Origin: Candidatus Latescibacterota bacterium
Lineage (GTDB): Bacteria > Latescibacterota > CBDEFO01
Assembly (NCBI GenBank): GCA_965248755.1
Contig: OZ252149.1
Span: 736,001-800,000, forward strand
Length of the DNA stretch: 64,000 bases
Direction: 5' to 3'
Shown: positions 41,023 to 51,878 of the stretch, piece by piece
How the letters are laid out: every line of letters starts with the position of its first letter
How positions within the stretch are numbered: the first letter of the stretch is position 1
Notes under the pieces: generated by a model
What the model saw: the letters and a program-made list of their open reading frames with translations, nothing else
Database searches by the model: none
Told to the model about the DNA's origin: nothing
Made by a program: the position numbers and the translations under genes

Positions 41023-42636
41023 ATGTCCGGAATGATTGTAGCGCCCCAACCTATTGCCGTCGAGGAGGGCGCAAAAGTCCTAATGGAAGGGGGCAACGCC
41101 ATAGATGCTGCCGTGACCTGTGCTTTGGTGCAGTCTGTCGTCAACCCGCAGATGTGCGGCATCGGAGGTTTTCTTACACTCAATCTGTACAACCCCCACA
41201 GCTCTCAACGCCATTCCATCCTTCTGGACGCCCCTGCCCTTGCCGGTTCAAATGCCACACCGACGATGTGGAAAGATATACTTATCCGCCCGAATCCAGG
41301 TGGCTGGGGCTACTTCCTGAAGGGAAAAGTCAACGAGATAGGCTACCGATCAGTCTGCACGCCCGGCGCGGTCAAAGGACTGGCTGAGATACTGGAGCGC
41401 TGGGGCACGATCCAGTGGGAACACGCTATCGCACCAGCGGCGCATATCGCTAAGGAGGGCTTTATGGTAGACAGTCACCTTGCGGCGCGCTGGAAGGAGG
41501 TGGCAAAGTATCCCGAAGGGAGCTCATTGCTGGACGGCATCAAGGCCAATAGAGAGGCAAGCCGCATCTATCTTAAAGACGACGGTAGCTCCTACGAAGC
41601 GGGCGAGATACTCCGCAATCCCGACTATGCAGATACCCTGCTCCAACTTGCCGAGGGCGGCGCGGACGACTTCTACTCTGGCGACCTCGCCCGACGCATG
41701 AGCGATGACCTCGCCAGAAACGGGAGTTACGTAACCGAACAGGATTTCGCTGACTACCAACTGCGCCACGGAGAGCCCATTGTCACAACATATCGCGGCT
41801 TTACTATTACGACTTCCCCACCGCCACACGGCGGATCGACACTGCTTTCCATCCTTAACATCCTGGAAGGCCATGACCTTACTGCGCTGGGGCACAATTC
41901 ACCTGACTATATCTACTTCGTATCGATGGCGATGAAGGCCGCCTTTTCTGATCGCAATTTGCACCTTGCTGACCCGCAGTTTGCTGACGTGCCTTTAGAA
42001 TGGTTGATATCCAAAGAGCGCGCCTTAGAGTGGCGGCAAGATATCGATACGGGAAAACCTATTAGTGTCTCTTTTACACCGCCCGAATCGCCCGACACAA
42101 CTCATGTGAGCGCGGTGGACAAAGACGGAAACTGTGTTGCGCTCACACACTCTCTCGGTTTTTCGTCGGGTGTCATTACGCCGGGGATGGGATTTATGTA
42201 TAACAATTCGATGGCAAATTTTTATCCCCTGCCCGGACACCCAAACTCCATCGCCCCGCGCAAAGGGCGCACAACGGGCTTGACGCCGACCATGGTTTAC
42301 AAAGGCGACAGACCTATAGTTGTCATCGGCGCGCCCGGAGCCACCTACATTATCACTTCGATCGCGCAGGTGATTCTAAACGTGCTCGATTTTGGGATGA
42401 GCATCAGTGATGCAGTGCTGGCACCCCGCTTCGACTGCCAGGGCGACTCTATCAAGTGTCAGGCACGTATTCCCGAAATTGTCTGCGCTGAAGTTCGCAA
42501 AAAGCATCCCATCGAACGCCTGCCCCAAAGTCACGGCGGACTCGCCCTGGTCCACGCCATTACCATAGATCCTGAAACCGGGGTGCTTGAAGGCGGCGCA
42601 GACGCGGGCAGCGGAGGGATGGCGATGGGAGTTTAA
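41023..42636 (+). CDS. ggt: Gamma-glutamyltransferase family protein
   Basis: GGNAIDAAV, CGIGG, DTTHVSAVDKDGN (Ntn Thr), GAPGA, APRF. Confidence 0.9.
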   Translation: MSGMIVAPQPIAVEEGAKVLMEGGNAIDAAVTCALVQSVVNPQMCGIGGFLTLNLYNPHSSQRHSILLDAPALAGSNATPTMWKDILIRPNPGGWGYFLKGKVNEIGYRSVCTPGAVKGLAEILERWGTIQWEHAIAPAAHIAKEGFMVDSHLAARWKEVAKYPEGSSLLDGIKANREASRIYLKDDGSSYEAGEILRNPDYADTLLQLAEGGADDFYSGDLARRMSDDLARNGSYVTEQDFADYQLRHGEPIVTTYRGFTITTSPPPHGGSTLLSILNILEGHDLTALGHNSPDYIYFVSMAMKAAFSDRNLHLADPQFADVPLEWLISKERALEWRQDIDTGKPISVSFTPPESPDTTHVSAVDKDGNCVALTHSLGFSSGVITPGMGFMYNNSMANFYPLPGHPNSIAPRKGRTTGLTPTMVYKGDRPIVVIGAPGATYIITSIAQVILNVLDFGMSISDAVLAPRFDCQGDSIKCQARIPEIVCAEVRKKHPIERLPQSHGGLALVHAITIDPETGVLEGGADAGSGGMAMGV

Positions 42637-43090
42637 GCCCACTTCTGCAGCGGAGTATGCAGAACCATGTTCCGATGCTCCTGATACTTATTGCTGCTTC
42701 CAGCGGATCAACAGGAGCAAAAGAGCAAGTTGCGTTAATGCTGCTGGTTAGATATGTGATGTGTCCCCTATCATTAACGGAAATATATACGAAGCAGGGC
42801 GGAAGTAAAACACCTTATCAGTCAGTGTTAAGAAGCGAATGAAGACCGGCATGTGCTGAGAATACCTTGCATACTGCCAGATCGGTCGCTAGGATATTAG
42901 GGCGGCGCGGAGCGGCCTCGTAAATGTTTATTGCTGTCCACTTAAACTGGCACTCGATAACAGGCACTATGCAACGACTCATAAAAGTGGACTTACGGCT
43001 TAGGTCGCTTGGCTCTCTCCGACCCAAGCCCTGCTGGGTTCCTAAGTGCGCTGGCCGCTGTGTGCTGATGCAACTTTGAGGGGAGGTCTG

Positions 43091-43891
43091 ATGTTAACAG
43101 CAGAGCAGATTACGTGTTTCAAAACCTTCGGTTTTCTGGTTCTTCGACAGACATTCTCGCCAGAGGAGATGGAAACGATCACCCATGCGGCTGAAGAAGT
43201 GTGGGAGAGAGAACTGGGGCGTCCGCCAGGAGAGGAAGAGAAAGTAAGGATGTCGCCCTTTGTCGAGAAACATCCCCTGTTGACGCAACTAGTTGAGGAC
43301 AAGCGCATTTACGAGTCCATGGAACAGTTGTTGGGGAAAGATTTTATCTGGGCTGGATCCGAAGGTAACAGGGGCATTCAAACCTCGGGAGATGCACACC
43401 ATTGGCATGCAGACAGACCGGGGGTAGAAGAACTCAACTACATCCGAATCAAGATTATGTTGTATCTGGATCCGATGCAGAAAGAAAAGGGCGCCCTGCG
43501 GGTTATTCCCGGTTCGCATAGGTTGCCGATGCACGAAGACCTCGATCCGTTCCAGCGCAGTCACGCGGAAAGTGAACCGAGGTTCTTTGGGATGGCAGGC
43601 TCTGATGTACCCTGTTACGCTGTGGAGACTGAGCCCGGTGAGATGATGTTGTTCAATCAGTCTTTGTACCATGCTGTGTACGGGAAAAGTGGCCGACGAC
43701 GTTATATCGCCCTGAAATACGCAGCCCGTCCAATCAGAGACGAACACATCGCCTCTTTGAAGCGTTGGTCCCCGAATGTCTTTCACCCGGAAGAGGCGTT
43801 CCAGAACAGCGGTAGGCCTCGCATCCAACGCATGGTTAAGGGCCTGGTAGAGTTGGGGGAGAAATCCGACAGATTGGAAGGAGTAGACTGA
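43091..43891 (+). CDS. PhyH-family dioxygenase
   Basis: FKTFGFL, WHAD, GALRVIPGSH, LYHAV; GGAGG RBS. Confidence 0.9.
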   Translation: MLTAEQITCFKTFGFLVLRQTFSPEEMETITHAAEEVWERELGRPPGEEEKVRMSPFVEKHPLLTQLVEDKRIYESMEQLLGKDFIWAGSEGNRGIQTSGDAHHWHADRPGVEELNYIRIKIMLYLDPMQKEKGALRVIPGSHRLPMHEDLDPFQRSHAESEPRFFGMAGSDVPCYAVETEPGEMMLFNQSLYHAVYGKSGRRRYIALKYAARPIRDEHIASLKRWSPNVFHPEEAFQNSGRPRIQRMVKGLVELGEKSDRLEGVD

Positions 43892-44016
43892 GTCGTTCTG
43901 CGTTTTAGCAACTTCTTCAGTGCCTTGCCCTTCTTCTTGAGATTCTGCAATATGTGTTTCCGCTTCAGCGAACGTCATAGATTTCTCGACTCTTGGTGAA
44001 ACGCTAAGGAGAGTGT

Positions 44017-44805
44017 ATGGAAAGCGTACGAGACAGGCTTTGGATCTGGGCTCACGATGCAGGAAGTCACAATTCTGGATATAACCTTCCGGGGAGTTCG
44101 CGCATAACACCTACAGAAGGGGCATGCTACCTCGGCGTGCAAAATCTCATTATGGTTAGTTATCACGACAGACCTTCACCACCCTTTGACCAGTATGCTG
44201 TGCCTTTCAGGGCACTAAAGCGTATTGTCTGGTCTATTGTCGGGGCCGGTGGAAAGACGCAAGAGGAGGAGAAAACCCACGTCTTTGAATTGGCCACTCG
44301 TTTTCCGAATATCACTGGCGTGATGATGGATGACTTCTTCAAGAGTTCGTCGGATGTTGGAACGGTCGGTGTCTTATCTCTGGATGAACTTCAAACCGTA
44401 AGAAGCCAGTTGACTACGTCAGGGCGCAAGCTGGACCTCTGGGTGGTTCTCTACGACCATCAGCTTGCACTTCCAGTCGAACATCACCTTGAGCTCTGCG
44501 ATAAGGTGAGCTTCTGGACATGGAATGCCCCTAATCTGGAGAATTTGGAACGCAACTTTGACATAGTTGAGAAGTTGGCTCCTAACCGTGCCAAGATTCT
44601 TGGCTGTTACATGTGGGATTACGGTGCCAACTGTCCTATGCCCCTTGATCTGTTGGAGATGCAGTGTGACATTGGATTAAGCTGGCTGAAAGAGGGACGA
44701 ATTGAAGGGATGATATTTCTGGCAAGCTGTATATGTGACCTTGATTTAGAGGCGGTAGAGTGGACCAGAAAGTGGATCGCTGAAGTGGGTGACGAACAAA
44801 TATGA
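44017..44805 (+). CDS. Hypothetical protein, possibly a TIM-barrel hydrolase
   Basis: AAGGAG RBS, 262 aa; WIWAH, GVMMDDFF, GCYMWDY. Confidence 0.7.
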   Translation: MESVRDRLWIWAHDAGSHNSGYNLPGSSRITPTEGACYLGVQNLIMVSYHDRPSPPFDQYAVPFRALKRIVWSIVGAGGKTQEEEKTHVFELATRFPNITGVMMDDFFKSSSDVGTVGVLSLDELQTVRSQLTTSGRKLDLWVVLYDHQLALPVEHHLELCDKVSFWTWNAPNLENLERNFDIVEKLAPNRAKILGCYMWDYGANCPMPLDLLEMQCDIGLSWLKEGRIEGMIFLASCICDLDLEAVEWTRKWIAEVGDEQI

Positions 44806-45024
44806 AAGGTGGACGCGATGCACAACTTATCTGATCATCCCTTTTGTGCTCTTTTTTGAACTCTTACATGTTTATCTTGCATAATTATAAGATTAGCTAA
44901 GCCATCTGTCCGGTTCCTGGCGTTAGTCAAGTTCCTTGGACTCATAGTGGTTACGATTCCATTTGGGTTTACTGATTTGTGCCGCCAGATTGTCAGCAGA
45001 ATCTAAAACGCCTGCTTCAAATAG

Positions 45025-45056
45025 AAACCCCATGAGATATTGAACTCGTGGGGTTT
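45025..45056 (-). terminator. Hairpin downstream of tRNA-Pro
   Basis: AAACCCCATGAG...CTCGTGGGGTTT. Confidence 0.6.
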
Positions 45057-45061
45057 AAGAA

Positions 45062-45139
45062 TGGTCGGGGTGGGCGGATTTGAACCGCCGACCTCCTGCT
45101 CCCGAAGCAGGCACGCTAACCGGACTGCGCTACACCCCG
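45062..45139 (-). tRNA. tRNA-Pro (anticodon CGG), CCA encoded
   Basis: CGGGGTGTAGCGCAG...CCTGC-TTCGGGA-GCAGG...GGTTCAAATCC...CCCCGACCA; upstream TTGAAT-N17-TATCTT. Confidence 0.97.
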
Positions 45140-45287
45140 ACGTTTTATATCCTAAGATAAAAAAATCTTGTTGCATATTCAAGGACTTTTTCGTATTTTG
45201 AGGAATCTTTTAAAATCTGAAGGCTGTAAAGTTTCTTGAACATAGCGGTAAATAGCAGACGATATATAAGATAAAGGAGACTGCATC

Positions 45288-46652
45288 CTGGATGATTCAG
45301 AGGCAAAGGTAAATGAAAGTGCTGTAGTAGGTGACGCCGCCAGATCTAAAGTGCCCCTTTCCCGGAGGCTCGGTTTCTGGAACAATTGCTTTGTCCTGTG
45401 GGGATTTGTTCTGGTCCTATCCAGCTTCCTTGTGGGAGGGATGGTGGGAAAGGTCTTTCCCCTGAAGATGTCCATGCCGATCATATTCTTCGGCACACTC
45501 AGCAACGCCATCGTGGGCATCCTCGTAGGGGCTGCAGCATCCAGGACCGGATATTCCAGTGCTCTTTTATTCCGATACACCTACGGCAGAAAAGGAGTTA
45601 TACTCCCCAATGTCCTTATGGGGCTGACCAACATGGGCTGGTTTGCCGTCATCCTCAACATCACGAGGGACGGCTTTGTGCAAGAGGCCGGAGCAGAGGT
45701 CGGCTCGGCCCTGTGGCTCATCTGCACGATCGTAATCGGAACTCTTTTCATCCTCCCTGCTGCTATGCGCATCCGCTGGATAGCGTACATTAACTGGTTT
45801 GCAGTCCCCGGTTTTCTGGTTATATTTGTAGTGGTGCTCGCAATCACGATTAAAACCGCGGGGAGCTTCCCCTCGCTGTGGGACAAATGGTACGATCCGG
45901 CCAAGCCCGTCTTTATAGGTTTTGACATGGCCGCAGGGGGCTGGATCGTAGGCGCTACGATCATAGCAGATCTCGCCAGGTTCTGGAAGAACGCCAAACA
46001 GGCCGTTGTGGGCATAATGACCGCTTACGTGGGACTCGTGACCGTGCAGTACTGGGGCGGAGCCATCGGTGCTGCGCATACGGGGGAATATAACATATTC
46101 CTCATAGCGAGTTCACTGGGGCTGGGATTCTTGGCATGGCTGGCACTGTGGTTAGGGGCGCAATCCACTATGCAGGGCGGTACATACGCAGCAGGTCTGG
46201 CCTTCTCCGCACCGCCCATACCTATGATCAAAGGGCAGGAGTTTACAAGGAGGATCGCCACCATCGGCGTGGGAGCGGTGGGCTTCATCGGCAGCTTTGT
46301 AGGCCTGGACAAATACTTCATGTGGTGGGTTCAGTTCCTCGCCTGGGTGGTCGGTCCGATAGCTATAACTGTCATCCTCGACTACTGGGCGTTCCCACAA
46401 AACAGAGAGAGGTACGAACGAGCAGATGGGGCGGATATGAACTTGAACCCTGCTGCGTTCCTTGCGTGGATTGTCGGATTCTGTGTGGGATTCTACATAG
46501 GCGCAAACGAGATATTCAGCGGTCTTTTGAGTTCTATGGTAGCAGCGGGACTTGTGTACTACGTCTGGATGCGCTACGCCCTTGCCAAAGGCACCACACC
46601 TGAGGCACAGGTGTTCAGAACCAATCCTCGACCCCCGATCTATCCACAATAG
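45288..46652 (+). CDS. Cytosine/purine permease (NCS1 family)
   Basis: About 12 TM segments, GWFAV, ADLARF, GPIAITVILDYW; in-frame CTG at 45288 follows AAGGAG (track start 45351). Confidence 0.85.
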   Translation: MDDSEAKVNESAVVGDAARSKVPLSRRLGFWNNCFVLWGFVLVLSSFLVGGMVGKVFPLKMSMPIIFFGTLSNAIVGILVGAAASRTGYSSALLFRYTYGRKGVILPNVLMGLTNMGWFAVILNITRDGFVQEAGAEVGSALWLICTIVIGTLFILPAAMRIRWIAYINWFAVPGFLVIFVVVLAITIKTAGSFPSLWDKWYDPAKPVFIGFDMAAGGWIVGATIIADLARFWKNAKQAVVGIMTAYVGLVTVQYWGGAIGAAHTGEYNIFLIASSLGLGFLAWLALWLGAQSTMQGGTYAAGLAFSAPPIPMIKGQEFTRRIATIGVGAVGFIGSFVGLDKYFMWWVQFLAWVVGPIAITVILDYWAFPQNRERYERADGADMNLNPAAFLAWIVGFCVGFYIGANEIFSGLLSSMVAAGLVYYVWMRYALAKGTTPEAQVFRTNPRPPIYPQ

Positions 46653-46695
46653 ATTCAATCGGGAGGGTTCAATCGGGGATGAAAAGGAGATAAAG

Positions 46696-46839
46696 GTGAC
46701 TCCCTTAGCCTGGCTGGTGATAGCCCTTGAGGTTCTTTTAGCAATCTGGGTGGTCCGACTCATCTGGCGAACTGAGAAGGAAAGACCCACAGAGGAGATA
46801 GTTCCCGAAACCGATGAAGATGTCCAACTTGTAGAGTAG
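46696..46839 (+). CDS. 47-aa single-pass membrane protein, possible transporter accessory subunit
   Basis: AAGGAG RBS, GTG start, one hydrophobic helix, acidic tail. Confidence 0.65.
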   Translation: MTPLAWLVIALEVLLAIWVVRLIWRTEKERPTEEIVPETDEDVQLVE

Positions 46840-46845
46840 GGTATC

Positions 46846-47853
46846 TTATATGCGAACCTCTACCCCCGATTCGACAGATTCCATCTCCTTCAGGCACAGG
46901 TAGAGAGAATCCCTCGCCGACTTTCCAGATAGAATCTCCGGATCCTTATTGTTCAGGACACAATCCACAGCATATCGTATCTCCGCGATAAAGCCGTCTT
47001 CGGTGGGGGTTTCAGGTGTGCACTCCTTCCCGTCGGCTGTGAAGAGAGTCAGGGGCTGACCGGAGGAATTGAACCTCAACGTAGCATCTTCCAAATAGAC
47101 GTCGTAACCGTGCTCGAACATGACGCCCGGCATGGCTATCCATCCGCACTGAGACGTAATCGTAACGTTCTGATCGTTATAGATGTAATTCGTAACCAGA
47201 TACTCTACGCTATCTTCCCTGGTCATCAGGCCCGCAGACGATACCGAATCGGGCATTCCCAAGAGGTACCGCACAAAGTCCGAATCGTGTATGTGGAGAT
47301 CGATCCCCGCGCCTCCTGCCCTCGATTCGGTGTCTTGTATCCAATCGGGCCTGGATATAATCCTCTTGAAGTGCGCCCCCAAGAGCTTTCCGTACCCTTT
47401 GCTATCTACAATCTTCTTTGCAAGCGCAAACTCAGGAAAGAACCTCAACACCTGCGCCACCATGAACTTATTCCCCGACTTTCGGGCAGCCTCCACCATA
47501 CTGTCGGCGGCGTCCAGATTGACGGTGATCGGCTTCTCCAAAAGCACGTGTTTTCCACCTCCCAGAGCGCCAATCGTTGCGTCACAGTGCAGGTCGGTCG
47601 GCAGACAGATGTCTATCAGATCCACGTCGGAATCGTTGATAATGTCGTCCACTTTCGAGTATCTATTTATCCCGGACAGATCCTGCACGCCGCCGCTATC
47701 TCCAAAATTTCCCTTGACGTCTCCCCAATCGCCTGAAAGCTTATTAGGATTACGAGTGCAGATCGCCGACACTTGGGCATTCTGGATTTCCTGTATCGCC
47801 TTGTAGTGCGTAACCCCCATAAAGCCTATGCCGATGATTCCTATATTAAGCAT
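46846..47853 (-). CDS. Gfo/Idh/MocA family oxidoreductase
   Basis: GIGFMG, KHVLLEKP, DLHIHD. Confidence 0.92.
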   Translation of the reverse strand: MLNIGIIGIGFMGVTHYKAIQEIQNAQVSAICTRNPNKLSGDWGDVKGNFGDSGGVQDLSGINRYSKVDDIINDSDVDLIDICLPTDLHCDATIGALGGGKHVLLEKPITVNLDAADSMVEAARKSGNKFMVAQVLRFFPEFALAKKIVDSKGYGKLLGAHFKRIISRPDWIQDTESRAGGAGIDLHIHDSDFVRYLLGMPDSVSSAGLMTREDSVEYLVTNYIYNDQNVTITSQCGWIAMPGVMFEHGYDVYLEDATLRFNSSGQPLTLFTADGKECTPETPTEDGFIAEIRYAVDCVLNNKDPEILSGKSARDSLYLCLKEMESVESGVEVRI

Positions 47854-48041
47854 CCTTCCATCCCCATAACTTTGAAATAGTGTGATCTTGCTCCTGTCGG
47901 GCTGTTTGAGAATATGATACTCAATAATTGTCTATTGTCAAGCAAAATACCTTGACACGGAGAGAGCGCTATTAGGTTTTCTGGGGAAGCATCAGAAGGC
48001 CACTGAGAACTGAAATGACTCTGACACACAGATGATAATCC

Positions 48042-48070
48042 TTGCACTTTGATGCAGACTCGGCTATCTT
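48042..48070 (+). promoter_or_regulatory. Sigma70-type promoter
   Basis: TTGCAC-N17-TATCTT. Confidence 0.45.
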
Positions 48071-48366
48071 TTTTACTGCTTGTTTGAAGTCCGACATAAA
48101 ACAGCGGGTGAGTTTCCTCCCAACCTGGAGCATTGGGCGGCTAAAGATGCAGATTGTCTCAGAAGAATCTGGGCTGATTTGGAGTGATGCATATCTGCAA
48201 CAGTGTGGATATGCTGTCTTGCTGTTCTATAGATTATTATGTAAACATCTAAGGCTAGTGCACAATTCTCCGAACTGTCTCGACAAGCTTATACAAGCCC
48301 TTGCAGCGATTTGATTATTGCAGTCGGCATTAAGTTCCTGTATCAGCTAATAAAGACGCTAGTAGC

Positions 48367-49440
48367 ATGAGAAGACGTCCAAGTCATCGAATAGTAGCAG
48401 TATCCCTCGTCTGTGCAGCGCTCTTGCACATACTCGCGTTCTGGTTAATTGACCTATTTATTCCCCCTGAGGTCCAGCAGCAGTTCTTCCGTGCGCGCTT
48501 AGTTGTAAGACCCAAGCTGAAACCCAAGCGCTTTGAACCTCGTCGGGCTATATCCATCCCCCGTCAGATATTGGAACGGATGCGCGAAGAAGTTGTCCCT
48601 CTTTATCCAAAAGCAGAAAGTTTGGAGATGAAGCTTGAAGCTCTTCCGATATCGGAACAACCTCTGGCAGAGGAATTCTTGCCATTGAGTTGGGAAAAGG
48701 GGAAGGGCAGGTGGGAAACCCAACTGGACACGGTGGATATAGATCTGGATATTGCGACGCATGAGGCGGAACTGCCCGAGATGAATGCTGTGCAGTTGGA
48801 TGCGGAGCGCCGCCGATATAACGTAGTCCTGATCGACCGGGAGACAGGAAAACTGAAAGAAGCCTATTTGCATCTTCCGGCCTATAGGGGCTATACAGCT
48901 AATAGACTTGAAAAGTTGTTGAGGGCATTGAAATATGGCGAAAGTTTGTCTGGGAAAATGCCCCTAATTTATGAAGTACATGTTTACAAATCTTATCCCC
49001 GTAGACATATACTTCACTATTCAGAGATGAAGGAGTATTCGGTCTTACTTCTGGAGTACATCGACGTGGAATCTACGGAGGCTATGGTTCGTTACCTGAT
49101 GGATGGCGGGTTTGCTGTGGTGAACCGTGGACAGATTCATGTGCTTCGAAGAGAGATCCAGAGAAACGTGGGAGATCGTCTTCAAGCAATTAAGATAGGG
49201 TTGGAACATCCACTCTTTCACACTTACTATGATATAACTGAATACACCTCTTCTAGTGATGGGCAATGTCCTCCATTGGAACCGGTGGACGGTCTCGAGT
49301 TTGACGGACGTCTAATAGCGGTAGTGGGAGTGCCATTCACCTTAGGCAGACTTTGTAGGATCAACGCGCTTTACGTTAATATACTGGTCTACGGCTTGAT
49401 CCAGCCCAGCAAGATGGGGGGACGCTATGTAGTTAGGTGA
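48367..49440 (+). CDS. Membrane-anchored protein with DUF4159-like C-terminal domain
   Basis: N-terminal TM (SLVCAALLH); YLMDGGF, HPLFHTYYDI, GLEFDGRL, NILVYGL. Confidence 0.6.
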   Translation: MRRRPSHRIVAVSLVCAALLHILAFWLIDLFIPPEVQQQFFRARLVVRPKLKPKRFEPRRAISIPRQILERMREEVVPLYPKAESLEMKLEALPISEQPLAEEFLPLSWEKGKGRWETQLDTVDIDLDIATHEAELPEMNAVQLDAERRRYNVVLIDRETGKLKEAYLHLPAYRGYTANRLEKLLRALKYGESLSGKMPLIYEVHVYKSYPRRHILHYSEMKEYSVLLLEYIDVESTEAMVRYLMDGGFAVVNRGQIHVLRREIQRNVGDRLQAIKIGLEHPLFHTYYDITEYTSSSDGQCPPLEPVDGLEFDGRLIAVVGVPFTLGRLCRINALYVNILVYGLIQPSKMGGRYVVR

Positions 49441-49491
49441 AGAAGGCTTTGAGCCTTATGTGCGTTTGAGACAGACACAGCTCACTTGGAT

Positions 49492-49594
49492 GAACTAATC
49501 AGATTAACATAAGAATTCGGGAGACAATGTGACGACCACAATCCTTCTGATTCGGCACGGAGAAACCGCTTGGAATCAAGGGAAAATACTCCGC
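49492..49594 (+). repeat. 103-bp imperfect direct repeat of 52181-52283 (upstream region and 5' end of the histidine phosphatase gene)
   Basis: GAACTAATCAGATTAACATAAG...GAAACCGCTTGGAATC present at both positions. Confidence 0.93.
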
Positions 49595-50133
49595 TTAAAT
49601 CTATGAGAGGTCTCAAAAAATATTCTCACAAAGACAGAGAAAAAGTTATCGAAGAAATGATCCCTTTAGCTAAGAAGAAATTCGGTAAAGACTTACTTGC
49701 TCTTGCCGCTCAGGCGTCTTATGCCAGAAATGAAGACTTCGATTATTCGGACTTGGAGCTGATTGCCTTTGTTCGGGAAATGCCGAAAAATAAAAAGATG
49801 GGCGGCATGGGTAAAATTAGAGATGGTCTATTGGTTGAGCTTATCTGGACAACGAAAGAAACATATTTAGAAGAAATCCGCGAGGTGACAGGAGATTGGT
49901 ATATCACTGGTTCCGATACTTTACTACCGTTAATCAATAAAAGATTCATTGAAGATCTGAATAAATATAAAGTTAAGAACCTGAAGGAAAAATGTTTAAA
50001 CCATGCCGACCAAGGTTGGTATGAAGTTCAAGAATCAACGGCTAAAGTCCTAAATGCAATTACAAAGAGAAACAAAGTCGGTATTTCCCTTATAACTTTT
50101 GACATGTTTTTGCACATGCTGAGGGTATTATCC

Positions 50134-51399
50134 CATACCGCTCCCCTTGACAGAGCGACAAATATTTCGCAAATTGGGGTTTGAGAAGGGAGGTCAAGGT
50201 GTCGAGCCCCGAAGTGAAAGATGGTAAGCGCTGGACGGCGACCCGTAAGGGAGAGATTGTGTTGGCTCTTTTGAGAGGAGCAGATCTATCTGAGGTGTGT
50301 CGTAAGAATGGAATTAGCCAGTCGCAGGCGTATGCTTGGCGTGATAGTTTCTTAGAAGGGGGCCAGGAGAGTCTGAAGTCTCGGCGTGGTCGCAAGGATC
50401 CGAAGGAGCGAGAGGTTAGCCGGTTGGAGCGCAAGGTAGGGCAGTTGACGCTCCAGTTGGAGATACTCGAAGAGGTAGCCCGTCTAAAAAAAACGAAGCG
50501 GTTGCCTTGAGTGGGCGGTTTTTGGGTCGAGGCTATTCCCGCAAGGTGGTAGCTTTGGCTTTGGGTTTGCATCGTTCGACTCTGTATAGGTTTAGGGATA
50601 GAGGTGTCAGTTCTTCTGTTAAAGAGCCTGTGATAGATGAGGAGCTTGCTTTTCGTATTCGAGGGATACTGGACCAAGAAGAGGCATTTGGTCACAGGCG
50701 GGTTTGGGCGCATCTTCGTTTCAAGGAAGGGGAATGTGTCAACGTTAAGAAGGTTCATAGGATAATGAAGCTTAAGGGGTGGCAGTGTAAGCTGTGGAAT
50801 CGTCCCGGGAGAAAGGGGCCACAGGTTGCCCAGAAGCGTTCTGTGGTGGATAGTCCCGACAGTTTGTGGTCGAGTGACTTGACAAAGATTTACTGTGGAA
50901 AAGATGGTTGGTGTCCTCTTATTGCGGTGGTGGACAACGGAAGCCGGGAGGTTCCTGGGTATCGTTTTAGTCGAAAAGGGAGGGCACTGGAGGCCACAGA
51001 TGCCCTGGATCGGGCCGTGATCTCTCGATACACTTCCAAGGAGGCTGTCCCCCAGGGTCTCACTTTGCGCTCTGACAATGGTTCCATCTTTTTGGCTCGG
51101 GCCTATTTGGCCAGTACCGAATATTGGGGAATTCGTCAGGAATACATACCAAGTGGTAAACCCGATTGGAACGGTGTTGTAGAGCGTTTTTTCAGGACCC
51201 TCAAGCAAGAGTGTGTTTGGCTTCACAAGTTTGAATCCTTTGAACAGGCTGAGAAGATCATATCTCAGTGGATCGATAATTACAACAAGAACAGGCTTCA
51301 TTCATCCCTGGGATATAAGACCCCAAAAGAGTGGAGAAAACAATTTTATCTACTACCCCAGGTTGCTTAATTGGTGTCGCTTTCCTGGGAAGCAGTACA
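50134..51399 (+). mobile_element. IS3-family element (orfA 50181-50510, orfB 50507-51370)
   Basis: WSSDLT, RSDNGS, ERFFRTLKQE, HSSLGY; A8 slippery run at 50486-50493; ends CATACCGC... / ...GCAGTACA. Confidence 0.92.
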
Positions 51400-51458
51400 A
51401 AGAAGGCTATTTATAATCGAAGATAGGTGCGATAATCGAAGATGGGTGGTTGCCATAT

Positions 51459-51878
51459 CATACCGTTCCCCTTCACAGAACGACAGATATTCTGTAAATC
51501 GGGGTTCGCGAAGGGCAAGATGTCAGCGCCAGAGCAGAAGACGGCTAGCGCTGGACAACGGTTCGATCTTTCTTTCTAGATCCTATTTGGTAAGTACCGA
51601 ATATTAGGGGTTTGTCAAGAATATGTTCCGAGCGGAAAGGCCGATTGGAACGGTGTTGTAGAGCGTTTTTTCAGGACCCTCAAGCAAGAGTGTGTTTGAC
51701 TTCACAGCTTCGAATCCTTTGAGCAAGCTGAGAAGATCATATCTCAGTGGATCGATAATTACGACAAGAACCGTCTTCATTCATCCCTGGGATACAAGAC
51801 CCTGCAAGAATGGAGAAAACAATAATATCTGCTACCCCAAGTTGCTTAATCGGTGTCGCTTTCCAGGGGGGCAGTACA
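51459..51878 (+). mobile_element. Internally deleted non-autonomous derivative of the same IS3 element (420 bp)
   Basis: Both ends retained; orfA 5' joined to orfB 3' region with stops. Confidence 0.85.

Noticed and set aside
42640..43045. ncRNA or gene in the ggt-PhyH gap
   Set aside because: Only one modest inverted repeat (GTCCACTT/AAGTGGAC) and no convincing ORF or motif
44806..45139. Integrative island at tRNA-Pro
   Set aside because: No adjacent integrase and no duplicated tRNA 3' end found in the window
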